Shown here: positions 52,001 to 64,000 of the stretch, one piece after another
Numbering within the stretch: position 1 is the stretch's first letter
Layout: each line of letters opens with the position of its first letter
NCBI RefSeq assembly: GCF_018977255.1
Contig: NW_024704742.1
Span: 113,090,001-113,154,000 of the forward strand
Source of the DNA: Callorhinchus milii
Lineage: Eukaryota
DNA: 64,000 bases
Reading direction: 5' to 3'
Made by a program: the position numbers and the translations under genes
The notes under the pieces: generated by a model
Databases searched by the model: none
What the model saw: the letters and a program-made list of their open reading frames with translations, nothing else
Told to the model about the DNA's origin: nothing

Positions 52001-52334
52001 ACTCTTTTGTATTATGAGTCACATAACATTTACTCTTTCCAATCTCCATTTTTCATAATTCTTGCATTCGATCGTGTCTCATCATGTAATCAAGACGTCT
52101 CAAGCCGCTTCACAGGATTTCACTGTATGTATTTGTAGGTGAACATGGCAACTAATTTGCATACAGCAATGAGTCACAAAGTAAGAGACTAGTTTTATTT
52201 GGAGAATCATTGTTCGGGACACTGAGAGAGAGAAACTCCCCTCTCTTTTCAAAGAGTGCCATGAGATCTTCAATATTCACCTGAAGCAGTAGACTGGATC
52301 TCGATTTAGTGTCTTATCCAAAGGATGGCAACTC

Positions 52335-53110
52335 TAACCATGCAGTGCACCCCACGGTGATCTTATTGTTGGATCAGGACCCAAGCGTGTGGGGGGGCAG
52401 GGTTGAGGTGAGGGAGAGCAGGTAGGAGGGCAGCTGAATCTCAGTCGAAAAAGAGGGTTTTGAGTCATGCCTTGAAGGAGGCAAGGAAGTGAGCAAGGCA
52501 AAGGGATTGTGGGATGGAGTTCCAAAGAGTGGGGGCAGAGAGGCTGACCGCCCATGATAGGGCGGGTCGGACGGGAGATATGGAGCATGCCGGAGCCTGA
52601 TGAGCGGAGGGAGTGGATAGGTTGATAGGGGATCAGCAGGTCAGAGATGGAGGAGGGGGCAAGGCCATGGAGGGCCTTGAAAGCGAGGACGAGGATTTTG
52701 AATTCTATCCTCTGAGGGATGGGGAGCCAGTGGAGCCGGGTGAGGGTGGGGTTGATGGGGTCCTGGAGCCTGACATAGGAGAGGACATAAGCTGCAGAGT
52801 TCTGGATGATTGCATCTTACGGAGGGAAGAGTTGGGGATCCCAACAAGAACAGAGTTTCCATAGTCGAGCCTTGAGGTAACGAATGCATGTATGAGTGCT
52901 TCGGTGGTTTGAGGGGTTGAGGCAGTGGTGGAGTTGGGCAATGTTGCAAAGGTGGGGGAAGGCAGAGCAGGTCATGGCATGGATATGGGGGAGAAAGAAC
53001 AGTTGAAGGTTGAACAAGATGCCCAGATTCCTGACTGGCTTGGTGAGGTGGACTTTGCATCCGTGGACGCTGATGCTGCCAGTGCTTGATACGCTGGCGC
53101 AAGCCAATCA
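52335..53110 (-). mobile_element. L2-clade LINE 3' fragment
   Basis: VRNLGILFN and TEALIHAFVTSRLDYGNSVL. Confidence 0.9.
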
Positions 53111-53371
53111 GAATAGTAAAGTATGATGTGTGAGCTGGTCTAGTTGGATTAAATAGTGAGAATATAATCTTACATGTTAGGAATATACAACTCGTTATCT
53201 GGTGCTTGGATAAACAAGATTGCTTTTAGTAACCCTATATAACTTGAGTGAATCAAAGGTTCAAATCTTCAGTACTTGTGTGAAATCTTAAATGTCTTTT
53301 CTTTACTGCCATTGGTCCCCACAGCAATGACATGTTGTAGGGACCAATGGCCCTACAACAAGTCTGAAGAC

Positions 53372-53690
53372 CACTCACTTCACAAGCAAGAGACCTGGGT
53401 TTGATTCCCGGGCAGGGCTAAACGTTGGGTAAGTTTCCTTATACCACATGCCTCTATTTACCCATAGTAAGTAAGAGCCAAGTTGTTAGTTGATTGGCAG
53501 ATTGCTTTTCTGGGGTTAATAATTCCTTAAAAAAATTGGTCACTCAATCCACGATTGTTTGTGGAACACTACTGTGGGCAATTGGCTGCTGCATTTCGCC
53601 AACAAAATATACAGTCAATTCACTTTACAGTATATTCTGTGAAGCGCTTTGAGACATCTCAAAGGTGCTATATCAAATGCAAGGATTATA
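53372..53690 (+). mobile_element. tRNA-derived SINE (long subfamily), 5'-truncated
   Basis: GAGACCTGGGTTTGATTCCCGGGCAGGGC, long-variant block, Deu-like core and tail. Confidence 0.85.
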
Positions 53691-54380
53691 ACCTTGTAAA
53701 TACTTGCTTAATTGAAGTTTCTTACCTGTACCAAAGATGTTAAAATATCTCCACCAACCTAATAATGCTGAGGCAGTAGACACCTTTAACCTTTGGTCCA
53801 AGTTACTGGGTTCATAATCAGTTCAGGTTCTCGACCGATTTTTCTTCATGCGTTAGCCTTGCTCAGAGCAGTCTTGCCTATGGATTGGAAGGTCGGGGGT
53901 TTAAGACTCGCATTGAGACTTGAGATCATAATATAGATTGATGCTTCTGTGTAGTACAGTATAGTGGGTGCTGCACTGTTCGCAGTGCTGCCCTTTAAAT
54001 GAGATGTTAAACGAAGGGTCTTGTCAGCCTCTTATTTTGGTAGAATTATGATACTATTCAAAAAAGACATTTCTCATCGTGTCTTGGTCACCAATTATTC
54101 AGATTAAATGTTCTTACACTCATGGCTGTTTTGGGGACTCAGCTAATGCAAATGGCCACTGCAATTGCCTACAAAATACATTCTCTACAATAATTACTTG
54201 TAGAGTGCTTTGATTTGTTTCGAGGCAACAAAGCACAATAAAAATGCTAATTCTTTCAATCTTGTTGGTCATGCCTTCCATTAGAGAGTTTCTGCAATCA
54301 ATGTATTCCCTCCTCTTATCAATTTGCTGACAATGCTATTTACATAAGCCTAATTGTTTTATTGAAGGATACCTCTATCA

Positions 54381-55772
54381 CTGAGTACTTTGCATCTGTT
54401 TTCACAAAAGAAGAGGATGCAGCAAGAGGAGAGGGTAGAGAAAGTGAATAAGACAAGAATAAACCGAGCGGAGGTATTAAAAAGGTTGATGCTGCTCAAG
54501 GTAGATAAGTCACCTGGTCCAGGTGGGATGCATCCTAGGTTACTGAGAGATGTACCAGAAGCACAATCCTTCAATCCTCCTTGGACACCGGGATGGTGCC
54601 AGAGGACTGGAGGGTTGCAAATGTTACTCCCCCATACAAAAAGGGACAGAAGGATCAACCAGGGAACGACAGGCCAGTCAGCCTAATGTCAGTAGTGGGG
54701 AAACTTCTAAAGATTAGAATTTGGGACAAAATAAAGTTTCACTTAGAAAAATATGGGTTAATAAAGGACAACCAATAGTGATTTGTTAAAGGCAAATCAT
54801 GTCTAACAAACCTATATAAATGACCTGAACTTGAGTACAGGGAGTACAATTTCCAAGTTTGCAGATGATATTAAGCTAGGAAAAGTAGTAAACAGTGAGC
54901 AGGATAGTAGCAGACTGCAAGAGGACATGGACAGACTGGTAAAATGGGCAGACACGTGGCAGATGAAGTTTAATGTGGAGAAATGTGAAGTGATACATTT
55001 TGGGAGGAAGAATCAGGAGAGGCAATATAAGCTGATGGTACAATCTTAAAGGGGGTGAAGGAAAAGAGAGACCTGGGGGTTCATATGAGTAAATCTTTGA
55101 AGGTGGCAGGACAGGTAGGTAAACCTGTTAAAAAAGCATACAGGATATTAGGCTTTATAAATAGGGGCATAGAATACAAAAGTCAGGAAGTTATGATAAA
55201 CCATTATAAAACACTGGTTAGGTCTCAGATAGAGTACTGTGTTCAGTTCTGGGCACCACACTTTAGGAAGGATGTCAAGGCATTGGAGAGAGTGCAAAGG
55301 AAATTTACCTTACTAGGATGGTATCAGGAATGAGTGATTTCAATTAACAGGAGAGGCTAGAGAAGTTAGGATTATTCTCCTTGGAGAAGAGAAGGATAAG
55401 AGGAGACTAAATAGAAGTTTTCAAAATTATGAAGGGATTCGATGGAGTGAACAAGGAGAAACTATTTCCTCTGGCGGGTGAGTTGTTAACCTGAGGACAT
55501 CGATTTAAAATATTTGTTAAAAGAAACGGAAGGAAAGAGTGGAAACATTTTTTCATACAGCGAGTTATTCAGATCTGGAATGCATTGCCTGAAAGGGTGG
55601 TGGAAGCCGATTCGATAACAACTTTTAAGAGAGAAGTAGATAATTATTTGGGGAGGACAAGTTTGCAGGGCTATGAGAAGAGAGTGGGATTGATCTGGAT
55701 AGCTCTTTTTAAAGAGCTGGCACAAACACGATGGGCCAAATAGCCTCCTTCCGTGCTGTATAATTCTATGAT
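54381..55772 (+). mobile_element. CR1-clade LINE fragment, internally deleted and frameshifted
   Basis: KVDKSPGPGGMHPRLL, VPEDWRVANVTP, ISKFADDIKLG and YKTLVRSQIEYCVQFWAPHF. Confidence 0.94.
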
Positions 55773-56430
55773 ACTGAATAATTCTTTTGACCATAATTCG
55801 CCAAGCTATACAGTTTAAGGTGGTTAAACTCCAACAGAACCTCAAGTCACACTCTCAAGCCTTGGTTCTCACCATCCTGTGCCTAATACTCTTTGGAATT
55901 AGGTATACAGGATGTATCACGGAATGGAGATAGAGCCCATTACACTCCAGATACAAGGAAATTTCTTGCATAGGCATGGCAGTCTGAATTGGGCACTCCT
56001 AATATGGTGATGGGTTTCTGCATGTATCAGACACCCATCGGATCAAAATAAGACTTATTACATCTTCCTTTAGAGGGTCATACCTAATCCATGATATCTG
56101 TTCATTCCTTCATCCATACACTTGTGTAAAGTGGTATCCCTAAAGCATTCCTCATCCACATTATATTCCTGGTACGTAATTCTTCCCCGGGTTGAAACCT
56201 TTAATCAAATAATATTATAACCAACCAGCTTCTATAATGTATGCTATGGTTAAGTCCCGCTCCTCAACTGAACCTTAATTAAACATCGTTCCTGGACCCT
56301 CCTTTGATATGCCCATTATTTAGACAGTGTTCTTCATTCTTGCCTTTTCTATAACATTCATTCAAGCTAATGCATTCTTAGTCTAAATTGATTAGGTAAT
56401 TTATAATTTAATTTATATATATAATTTATA

Positions 56431-56780
56431 ACTCGGAAACAGGAGTTCCAGGTGCTGGTGGGATCAGCAGGTATCCTCCTCTCTGCTTACTGTGTGGGTG
56501 CAGCGGGTGCTGTGTGTGCACTGGCTAACGTGCTGGGAGAGCAGCTGTGCTCTCTGGAGAAGCTGTGTCTGAGCAGGAAGTGGGAAGAGGCTCGCAAGCT
56601 ACAGTACAGACTGCTCGAATCCAACACAGTGGTGACTCGCACACTGAGCATCTCTGGCCTGAAATAGGCCCTGGAGTGGTTGGTTACCATGGAGGAGAGC
56701 CTCGCTCCTCACTCCAGCCGCTGACCGACACCGAGAGAACAGAACTTTGTGTGGCCTTCACCAACAATGGGTGGCTGTGA
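56431..56780 (+). pseudogene. HOGA1: Processed, 5'-truncated pseudogene of 4-hydroxy-2-oxoglutarate aldolase (DapA/DHDPS-like family)
   Basis: Translates [46 protein letters not shown]...[58 protein letters not shown], which matches the vertebrate HOGA1 C-terminus (…QDFQVLAGSAG…VCALANVLG…FTSNGWL). Premature TAG at 56665-56667, 1-nt frameshift near 56681, no introns. Confidence 0.92.
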
Positions 56781-57092
56781 CCGGCCAGTGGGCAAAATGC
56801 ACACACCTCCCTCCCCCTCTCCCCCCATCGCCTCCCTGCCTCTCTCAAAATCTCTCTTCTTCCCCCTGTCAGGTCTCTCTCTCCCTCCATCATCTCACTC
56901 TCATCGACCTCCCATTTCCATCAAACCCAGCCCCCTCCCCCTTCCCTCATGTTCATCCCTCAACCTCCAGTGTTGACGCAAACTCACTGGTTTACGCTTT
57001 GCAGTCCAATTCAAATAAGATGCACATCTCACCAGTCAATGAATGGGCTCTTTCTCTCTTTAGATTTTGTAATAATATTCTGAATTCTTTGG

Positions 57093-57370
57093 TCAAGCAA
57101 GATACCTGGGTTCGATTCCCGTCAGGGCAAAACATTGGGTAAGTTTCCTTACTCCACACGCCTGATAATAATCTCTCAAGAAAAAAACAATAATAATTTG
57201 GTCAATTCAATCCACGACTGTTTGTGGGACACTGCCATGCGCAATTGGCTGCTGCGTTTCGCCCACAAAAATGCAGTCAATTCACTTTACAGTATATTCT
57301 GTCCAGCGCCTTGGGACGTCCTCCCGATGTGAAAGGCACTATACAAATGTAATCTTGTTGTTGTTGTTGT
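57093..57370 (+). mobile_element. SINE body joined to an L2-type 3' end
   Basis: SINE sequence to ...TTTACAGTATATTCT, then GTCCAGCGCCTTGGGACG...AAATGTAATC(TTG)n instead of the SINE's GTGAAGCGCTTT...(TTA)n. Confidence 0.85.
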
Positions 57371-57589
57371 ATAATCCTTACATTTTTATATAATGTGGCC
57401 AGATCCAGGCTTTTATACACTAAACTGGTCAAATGAAGAGTTTCATAGAGGTACATGAATAGGTAGCCTTTATCTGCATAACTAATTCTGCTATCATAAT
57501 TTTAATAGCTTATAATATTAATATAATACACTAAATTAATTTATTTACCTTAATGATCTAATTATCTTTTAACAAACTAGTCTAGCTCT

Positions 57590-57992
57590 GTGTGAGCCTA
57601 TCACTCCCGTCATTGCCTGGCTCCACAAACTCCCCATCCCCCAGAGGATTGAGTTTAAGATTCTCTTCCTCACTTTTAAAGCCCTTCATGGTCTTGCCTC
57701 TCTTATCTCTGCAACCTGCTAAATCTGATCAACCTGCCGGCTCCCTCCACTCGGTGGGCACTGGCCAACTCCATGATCATGCCCTATCCGCTCCACCAAG
57801 GTCCTTCAAGGCACATCTCAAAACCTTCCTCTTTGACTGTGCCTTTAGTTATCCTACCACCCAATCCCCTTTGACCCCCATCCCTCTTGATTCCAATCTT
57901 GAGCTTGGGGTACAAACACTTGACTGTTCAGTGCCTTGGGACATCATCCTGATGTGAAAGGCGCTATATAAATGCAATTTGCTGTTGTTTTT
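57590..57992 (+). mobile_element. L2 3' fragment, internally deleted
   Basis: SFKAHLKTFLFDCAF followed by the L2 terminal motif. Confidence 0.82.
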
Positions 57993-60689
57993 GCTGCAGT
58001 CAGCAATGCTCCTCCTAAACTACCTTTTAAGCATTCAATAGAGTAGAATTTTGCAAGTGCTATTTATACATCTTTAATAAATAATATTTTGTGATGTTTC
58101 CATTTTAAAAGCTGGGCTGGCCTTTCAGGCATTGCAGAATTAAGGTGCCATCCTGTAAAGTGACATTTAAGGAATATAATCCAGTTTCTAGGGGTCTACG
58201 TTTTAAATTTTTGCATTGTAGTTTTCCAATGTCATTTTAAGGGACTTCACAATACTTTATGGAAGTTTGGTTGCTATCATTCGTTTGAAGTTGGGGTGGT
58301 ATTTCACAATACATGTCAACTTCACTCTATAATAAGGAATGGATTGTGTGTAGAAATAACATGATATTGATCCCTATGCTAATAATTTGTCTTGATTCTA
58401 TTAACAGTGGAAGACGAAGAATGTTTAGAGTGGTGCATTTGTAACTTGAAAGGAACAAGAGAGATATATCAAGAAGCAATAACTATGGTAATACCAATGA
58501 AATATAAAAATTCAAGAGAGGTTGCCACATAGAGAGAAAGTTTTGTGGCTGGAGATGCTGGATGGATTACTTATTGGATGATGAACTCTTTCTTATGGTC
58601 TCTCTGGGAGATGAGGGTTAGAATATCCTGCCTACAGATAGCAGCAGTATTTACCTTCTTTTAGAAGGCCATGCCTAATCCAAGATGGTTGTTCTTGGAA
58701 TGAACTGGGCTTCAAAGAGATTTGTTGAAGAGAAAAGAAATGTTTGGCATGAAAGAGGAAGGCAACCTTTTTTGAGGCACGTTTGAATAGCTTACAAAGG
58801 ATGCTGGATAACAAGCTAAATTAACAAACATCCTCCCTTGTTACTGAAATCTACAGAACATAGCATAACAACAAAAAACTGGCATATAAATAGAAAGAGT
58901 TCAGTTACCTCTGAGGCCCACAGCTGGCATTTGTGGGAGATTTGAAAGTTCTGGAATTTGACAAGATGCAGCACATGGGAAATGATTTTGAACTAGCACT
59001 TAATGATCCCAATACAGAATATGGCTCCACAAACATGAGCAGAGAATGACCAATGCATGAAAAGACATAATAAGCATACGAGGAGAGGGTGGATTGATAT
59101 TAAATTGATGCAAAAATTTGTACAAGAAGAAAGACGTGTTATGTGTTACATGGACATGTTACAAACAAGTTAGTATAATTTATACACTAGGAGTGGTCCA
59201 TATTTTAGGTCAGTTCATGGGTATTAGAATTCCTGACGTATTGACCAGTTCAAACCACCCAGAAACACTATGATGGGAACAGTGACAATAGTGAGAAGAT
59301 GCCGAAAAGTAATCAAGGATGTTAAATACAAAGTGGAAGTGATGTTTTGTCAGCCTGACTCAGTTTGTAACATTCTTATCATCTCCAAGTCTCATCATTG
59401 TGGGTTCAAGTCCCTATGTGCTTTGTGCACACAGTCTAAGCTGACACTCCAGTGCAGTGCTGTGGAAACACTGCATTGTCGGAGATGCATCCTTTGGATG
59501 AGATATTAAACTGAGATCCCTCATTTTCCTGATTAGGTACGCGTTAACAATGCCAGGCGCTATTCGAAAGAGAAGGAAGATTCTCCTGGTGTCCTGCCCA
59601 ATCATCCTCAAATAAAATTAGTCATTCATTTCATGATTATTTGTGAGGGGTTGCTGTGGGCACATCGGTGCCATATTTATCTACAAGTAAACAAACACTA
59701 AACTTTACAGAAAGCCTGTAAAGAATTTTGAGAAACCTTAACAACTTGATAAGGAACTATATCAAATGCAAAGGTTATTAAAAGATAAGGATAACAAATT
59801 CAAATCGATAACATTTACAGATATCTATATCTTAGGAGGAGCAGTTTATACGTGTACTGGAATTTTTCACTGCCCCATTTCAGAAACACTATCACCTCCA
59901 ATTTTTCAACCGCTATAAAACATCATTGCTACCAGTAGGGAGAGAGGCAAGTAGTGCGATATTCACAAAAGGGATGGAAAACATTAATCTTTGCATTTGA
60001 TAATGCTCCATATCACATAATTGAGATGTCTCAAAGTATGTCATAAGATTTTACTGTGAAGTGTAGTGACTGTATATTTGTTGGCAAACCAGGCATCCAA
60101 TTTGTGCATAAAATACTCAACAGCCATGAACTGAATGACCAATTTTTAGTTGACCTGGAGAAATTTCCTTCTCTTTTCCAATGGGATCTTCATGTCAACA
60201 ACAACAATAACTTGCATTAATATAGCGTTCCTTATGCAGGCTAGAGTCTTGGAGCACTTGAACAGACAGACAAGTCCTTAGATTAGCATTTCATCTGAAG
60301 GTCAGACAATGCACCATTCTACCAACACTGCAGTGAGTTCCAAGTCCCAATGTGGAGCGTGAACCCACAACCTTCTGACTCAAAATGAGCTATGATGACC
60401 TCTGTCCACCATCATATTTGCAATAATTGTAAACTAACAATTGCAATTTACAAAAGCCATCAAAGTGAGAGAGAGGAAAAAAGGTGGGAGATCAGTTTCT
60501 GCATTTTGGAATTCCTGATCTAGTTTTACACTTTTCTTGGCCTTGTTTCTACTTCCATACGATTGCTGTTTTCAACTGTGACTATTTGTGAAAATATGTT
60601 ATTCAATTTGCCTCCATCAAAGGGGAATTGAATACCATTTTGATTGCAGTAAATAACGATGCCAAATATTTTAAAATAATGCAAATTAG

Positions 60690-60985
60690 ACCCCAATATT
60701 CTGAGCTCTGCTAATGGGCAGCCCTTCAATTTTATGTATGTTCACTGTCTATTGTTCCGATATGGAATGCTTTGCATTTTCTGCATTAAAATGTACCTGA
60801 CACTCATTCGCCCATCTGCTTAACTTGCCCATATGTTCCCAAAGGCAATGTATCCTCCTTTATTTTATTCACCTGTCACATTGCTTCCTATCATCAGCAG
60901 TTTTACAGAATTCTTGAGAAAGGGTTTTGTCTAAGTCATCTCTGAAAAGTGTGAACAGCAAATGACCCAGAATAGGCTCTTTGGA
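60690..60985 (-). mobile_element. Highly decayed CR1-type RT fragment
   Basis: Manual minus-strand translation gives EPILGHLLFTLFRDDLD...CKTADDRK and KLSRWANECQVHFNA, echoing SVLGPLLF.I.INDLD...KFADDTK and RL..WA..WQM.FN. Confidence 0.7.
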
Positions 60986-61984
60986 AAATGAAACAAATAA
61001 ATGTTCTGCCTTTTCTTTTTTAATAACGATAAGTTTGTCATTCTATTTTTTTTTGTTAAGGAATTTTACCATCTGAGTGGTTGACAGTAACTCACCATGC
61101 ATGCAAAATGTAGATTTTACTCAGCAATAAACCCACAGACGGAACTAGTCTCATCAACAGCATTGTGAAAACGGCACAATGTACTGTAGTTGTTTTTCAG
61201 TGCATCACATAATAGTGCAACTCTGGTACTCAAGCACCTGTAAGAAAAGTCATCCATGCAATAGCCAATTAACCAAATCTAAATGGATTACGCACAGATA
61301 GATGCACTGCAATTCCGCAAAGTAAGAAATAAGCAATGCAAGAACCAAATTGCAAAGGGAAAAAGAGTCTTTGAAATAATCTTATGAAAGTCTAAGCAGA
61401 TGTGAAGCATATTGATTTGTTTGGGGAGTATTTCTATTTGGTAACCAGGGATCCTTCTTCATTGCTGAAGTGATGTCTCTCTCGACAAGCGTTCTCCAGT
61501 GTACTAACAAAGATGAGCAAAACATTTCCTCCTTAAATATGCAAAACAGTTTTGAATCTCAAAGTACATGTTGGGTAATAGGATACACAAAGCCATCTCG
61601 AGATTTTAAAATCCAACTAGCTCCATGTTTCCAATGGGTTGTTAAATGTAGCTGTGTTTCCTCTATATCGGAAGCAATAGGCATGAATTTATGAATATAG
61701 CTTATCAGCAGAAAGCAGACTATCTGGCTGTTGAGAAAAATTGTCTTTGATTGATTGTTTGTCAAACGTAGGAAATATTTGCGACATCAGAGAGACAGCA
61801 GATCTTGTGATATTTTAAAACTTGTCAACACAGTCTGGTAAACTATCTGTCTGTAAACCCACGATTTATATTTGTGACACACACACACCAAAATGAAAAT
61901 GAAAGAAGAATCTGGCCATGTTTCAGAAGGTTGGAAAACAGAAAACCACAGTGCATACCACACAAGTCCAAAATAGAAGGAATC

Positions 61985-63753
61985 CGCTCAGCTGCCACTC
62001 CTTTTCCAACTTCCAACCCCTCCCTACCCCCACCCACACAATTACCCATCCGACATTTACTCATCCCTCCTTCCACACCTTTGAACCTGTCACCCCCTCT
62101 GTCTTCAACATGATAACCTCCATGAAGTCCACCACCTGCTCCCTCAACCCCATCCCCACCCCTCTCCTTAAATCTCAGCACCACCTCCTTGCCCCACTAC
62201 TCGCCTACATCATTAACCTCTCCATGTCATCTGGTACTGTTCCTTCCCTCCTCAAAAAAGCCACCTTGAAAAACCTTCCCTCGACCCATCACAGCTATTT
62301 AGCTGCCGGCCCATCTCAAATCTCCCTTTCCTATCCAAGGTCCTAGAGAGAGCCATTGCCTCCCAGCTTCACTCTTTCCTCTCCTCTCACTCCCTCCATG
62401 AACACCTCCAATTGGGTTTCCGTGCTGCCCACAGCATGGAAACTGCTCTGGTCAAGGTCACAAACAACAGCCTGATCATGTGTGACCAGGGCTCCCTCTG
62501 CCTCCTCATGCTCCTCGACTTCTCCGCCGCCTTTGACACCGTGGACCACTCAATCCTCCTCTACCGCCTCTCCTTCCACCTCAACCTTCAAGGTTCTGTC
62601 CTTGACTGGTTCAGGTCCTACCTTTCACACCGCCTCCACTTCGTCACGGCAAACAGTTTCTCTTCCAGCCCCCGCACTGTCTCGTGCAGTGTTCCTCAGG
62701 GCTCTGTCCTCAGTCCCTTCCTCTTCATCCTCTACATACTCCCCCTTGGTGACGTCATCCCCAGACATGGGGTAAATTTCCACATGTATGCAGATGACAT
62801 CCAACTCTACCTCTCTGCCTCCACCCTGAACTCCAGGACTACTGAGGTCCTGACCGACTGCCTGTCCAACATCAAGTCCTGGACAAGGGCCAACTTACTC
62901 CAACTCAACGTCAGACCAAGGCCCTCCTGATTGGCTCACGCAAGCGCCTCCGCACCTCAGGTGCTGGCAGCATCAGTCTCCATGGCTGCACACTCAACCT
63001 CACTGAGCCAGTCAGGAAACTGGGTGTCTTGTTTGACCCTGAACTGTCCTTTCTCCCCAACATCCGCACCATGACCGGCACTGCCTACCACCACCACCGC
63101 AAAATTGCCAGACTCCGCGACTGCCTCACCCCTCAGGCTGCCGAAACGCTCACTCACGCATTCGTCACCTCAAGGCTTGATTACAGGAACTCCCTCCTCA
63201 TCGACCTTCCCAACTCTTCCCTTCACAAGCTGCAGATCATCCAAAACTCTGCAGCTCGTGTTCTCTCACGCACCAGGCTGCGCGACCCCATCACTCCCAC
63301 CCTCGCCCGACTCCACTGGCTCCCCATCCCCCGAGGATCGAGTTCAAGATCCTCATCCTCACCTTTAAGGCCATCCATGGCCTTGCCCTCTCCTACTTCT
63401 CCTACCTGCTGACTCCCTACCAACCTGCCCGCTCTCTCCGTTCAGCGGGCTCCATGTCTCCCGCCCGACTCGCCCTACCATCAGTGGCCGGGCTTTCAGC
63501 CTCTCTGCCCCCACACTCTGGAACTCCATCCCACAGTCCCTTCGCCTCGCTTCCTCCTTTGCCTTCTTCAAGGCCGGTCTCAAGACCCTTCTCTTCGACC
63601 ATGCCTTTTGCCTCCCTCCACCTTTCTGCCTTCCCTCATCCCTACACCACCATTCCCCCATGCTCGGGCCCCGACATCTGACTGTTCAGTGCTTTGGGAA
63701 GTCGTCCCGATGTGAAAGGCGCTCTATAAATGTCATTTTGTTGTTGTTGTTGT
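61985..63753 (+). mobile_element. L2-clade LINE, ~1.8 kb 3' part including the RT domain, frameshifted
   Basis: ORF 62412-62930: GFRAAHSMETALVKV, LLDFSAAFDTVDH, VPQGSVLSPFLF and YADDIQLY; C-terminal AFVTSRLDY.NSLL; L2 3' UTR and (TTG)n. Confidence 0.95.
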
Positions 63754-64000
63754 ACCTCAGTTGTGCTTATAATAAAAATTTAGACCTATGCATATTTGAA
63801 TTTACCTTTTAAATAATCTTTGATGGATAAATCCGAGGAATACTGCAGGCTAATGGCTTAAGTTTGCCATTTAGTGACTGAATTCCTGGACCTTGCTATT
63901 GCTATGTGTTTTTCAAAATCAGTTTTTAGAGCTCTGCTAATGGCTCCTTATGATTTGCAGTTGGACGAAATGAAGTTAACTAACACACATGATGTGCTTC

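Noticed and set aside
58400..59200. Purine-rich stretch suggestive of a decayed coding region
   Set aside because: Manual translations gave frequent stops and no recognisable motif

Overview
Vertebrate non-coding DNA (AT-rich, intergenic or intronic), densely covered with transposable elements. The repeat content points to a cartilaginous fish, probably a chimaera such as Callorhinchus; this is inferred from the repeats only. It comprises 5'-truncated L2-clade LINEs with (TTG)n tails, CR1 LINEs, a young tRNA-Ala(TGC)-headed SINE with a Deu-like core and L2-type tail, older Deu-type SINEs and a Penelope-type foldback insert. I found no intact protein-coding gene, and nearly all long ORFs are LINE reverse-transcriptase fragments or their antisense. 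The one host-gene sequence is a 5'-truncated, intronless, disabled copy of HOGA1 (56431-56780). The most notable structures are a Penelope-derived foldback insert with a minimal hammerhead-ribozyme core and a 13-bp target-site duplication (29906-30158), an inverted duplication with ~0.7 and ~0.9 kb arms (1656-2371 / 6162-7073), an ~80-bp near-perfect palindrome (21652-21730), a SINE ending in an L2 tail, and several unclassified local repeats. I found no convincing new multi-gene system. Repeat boundaries were read by eye and are approximate.
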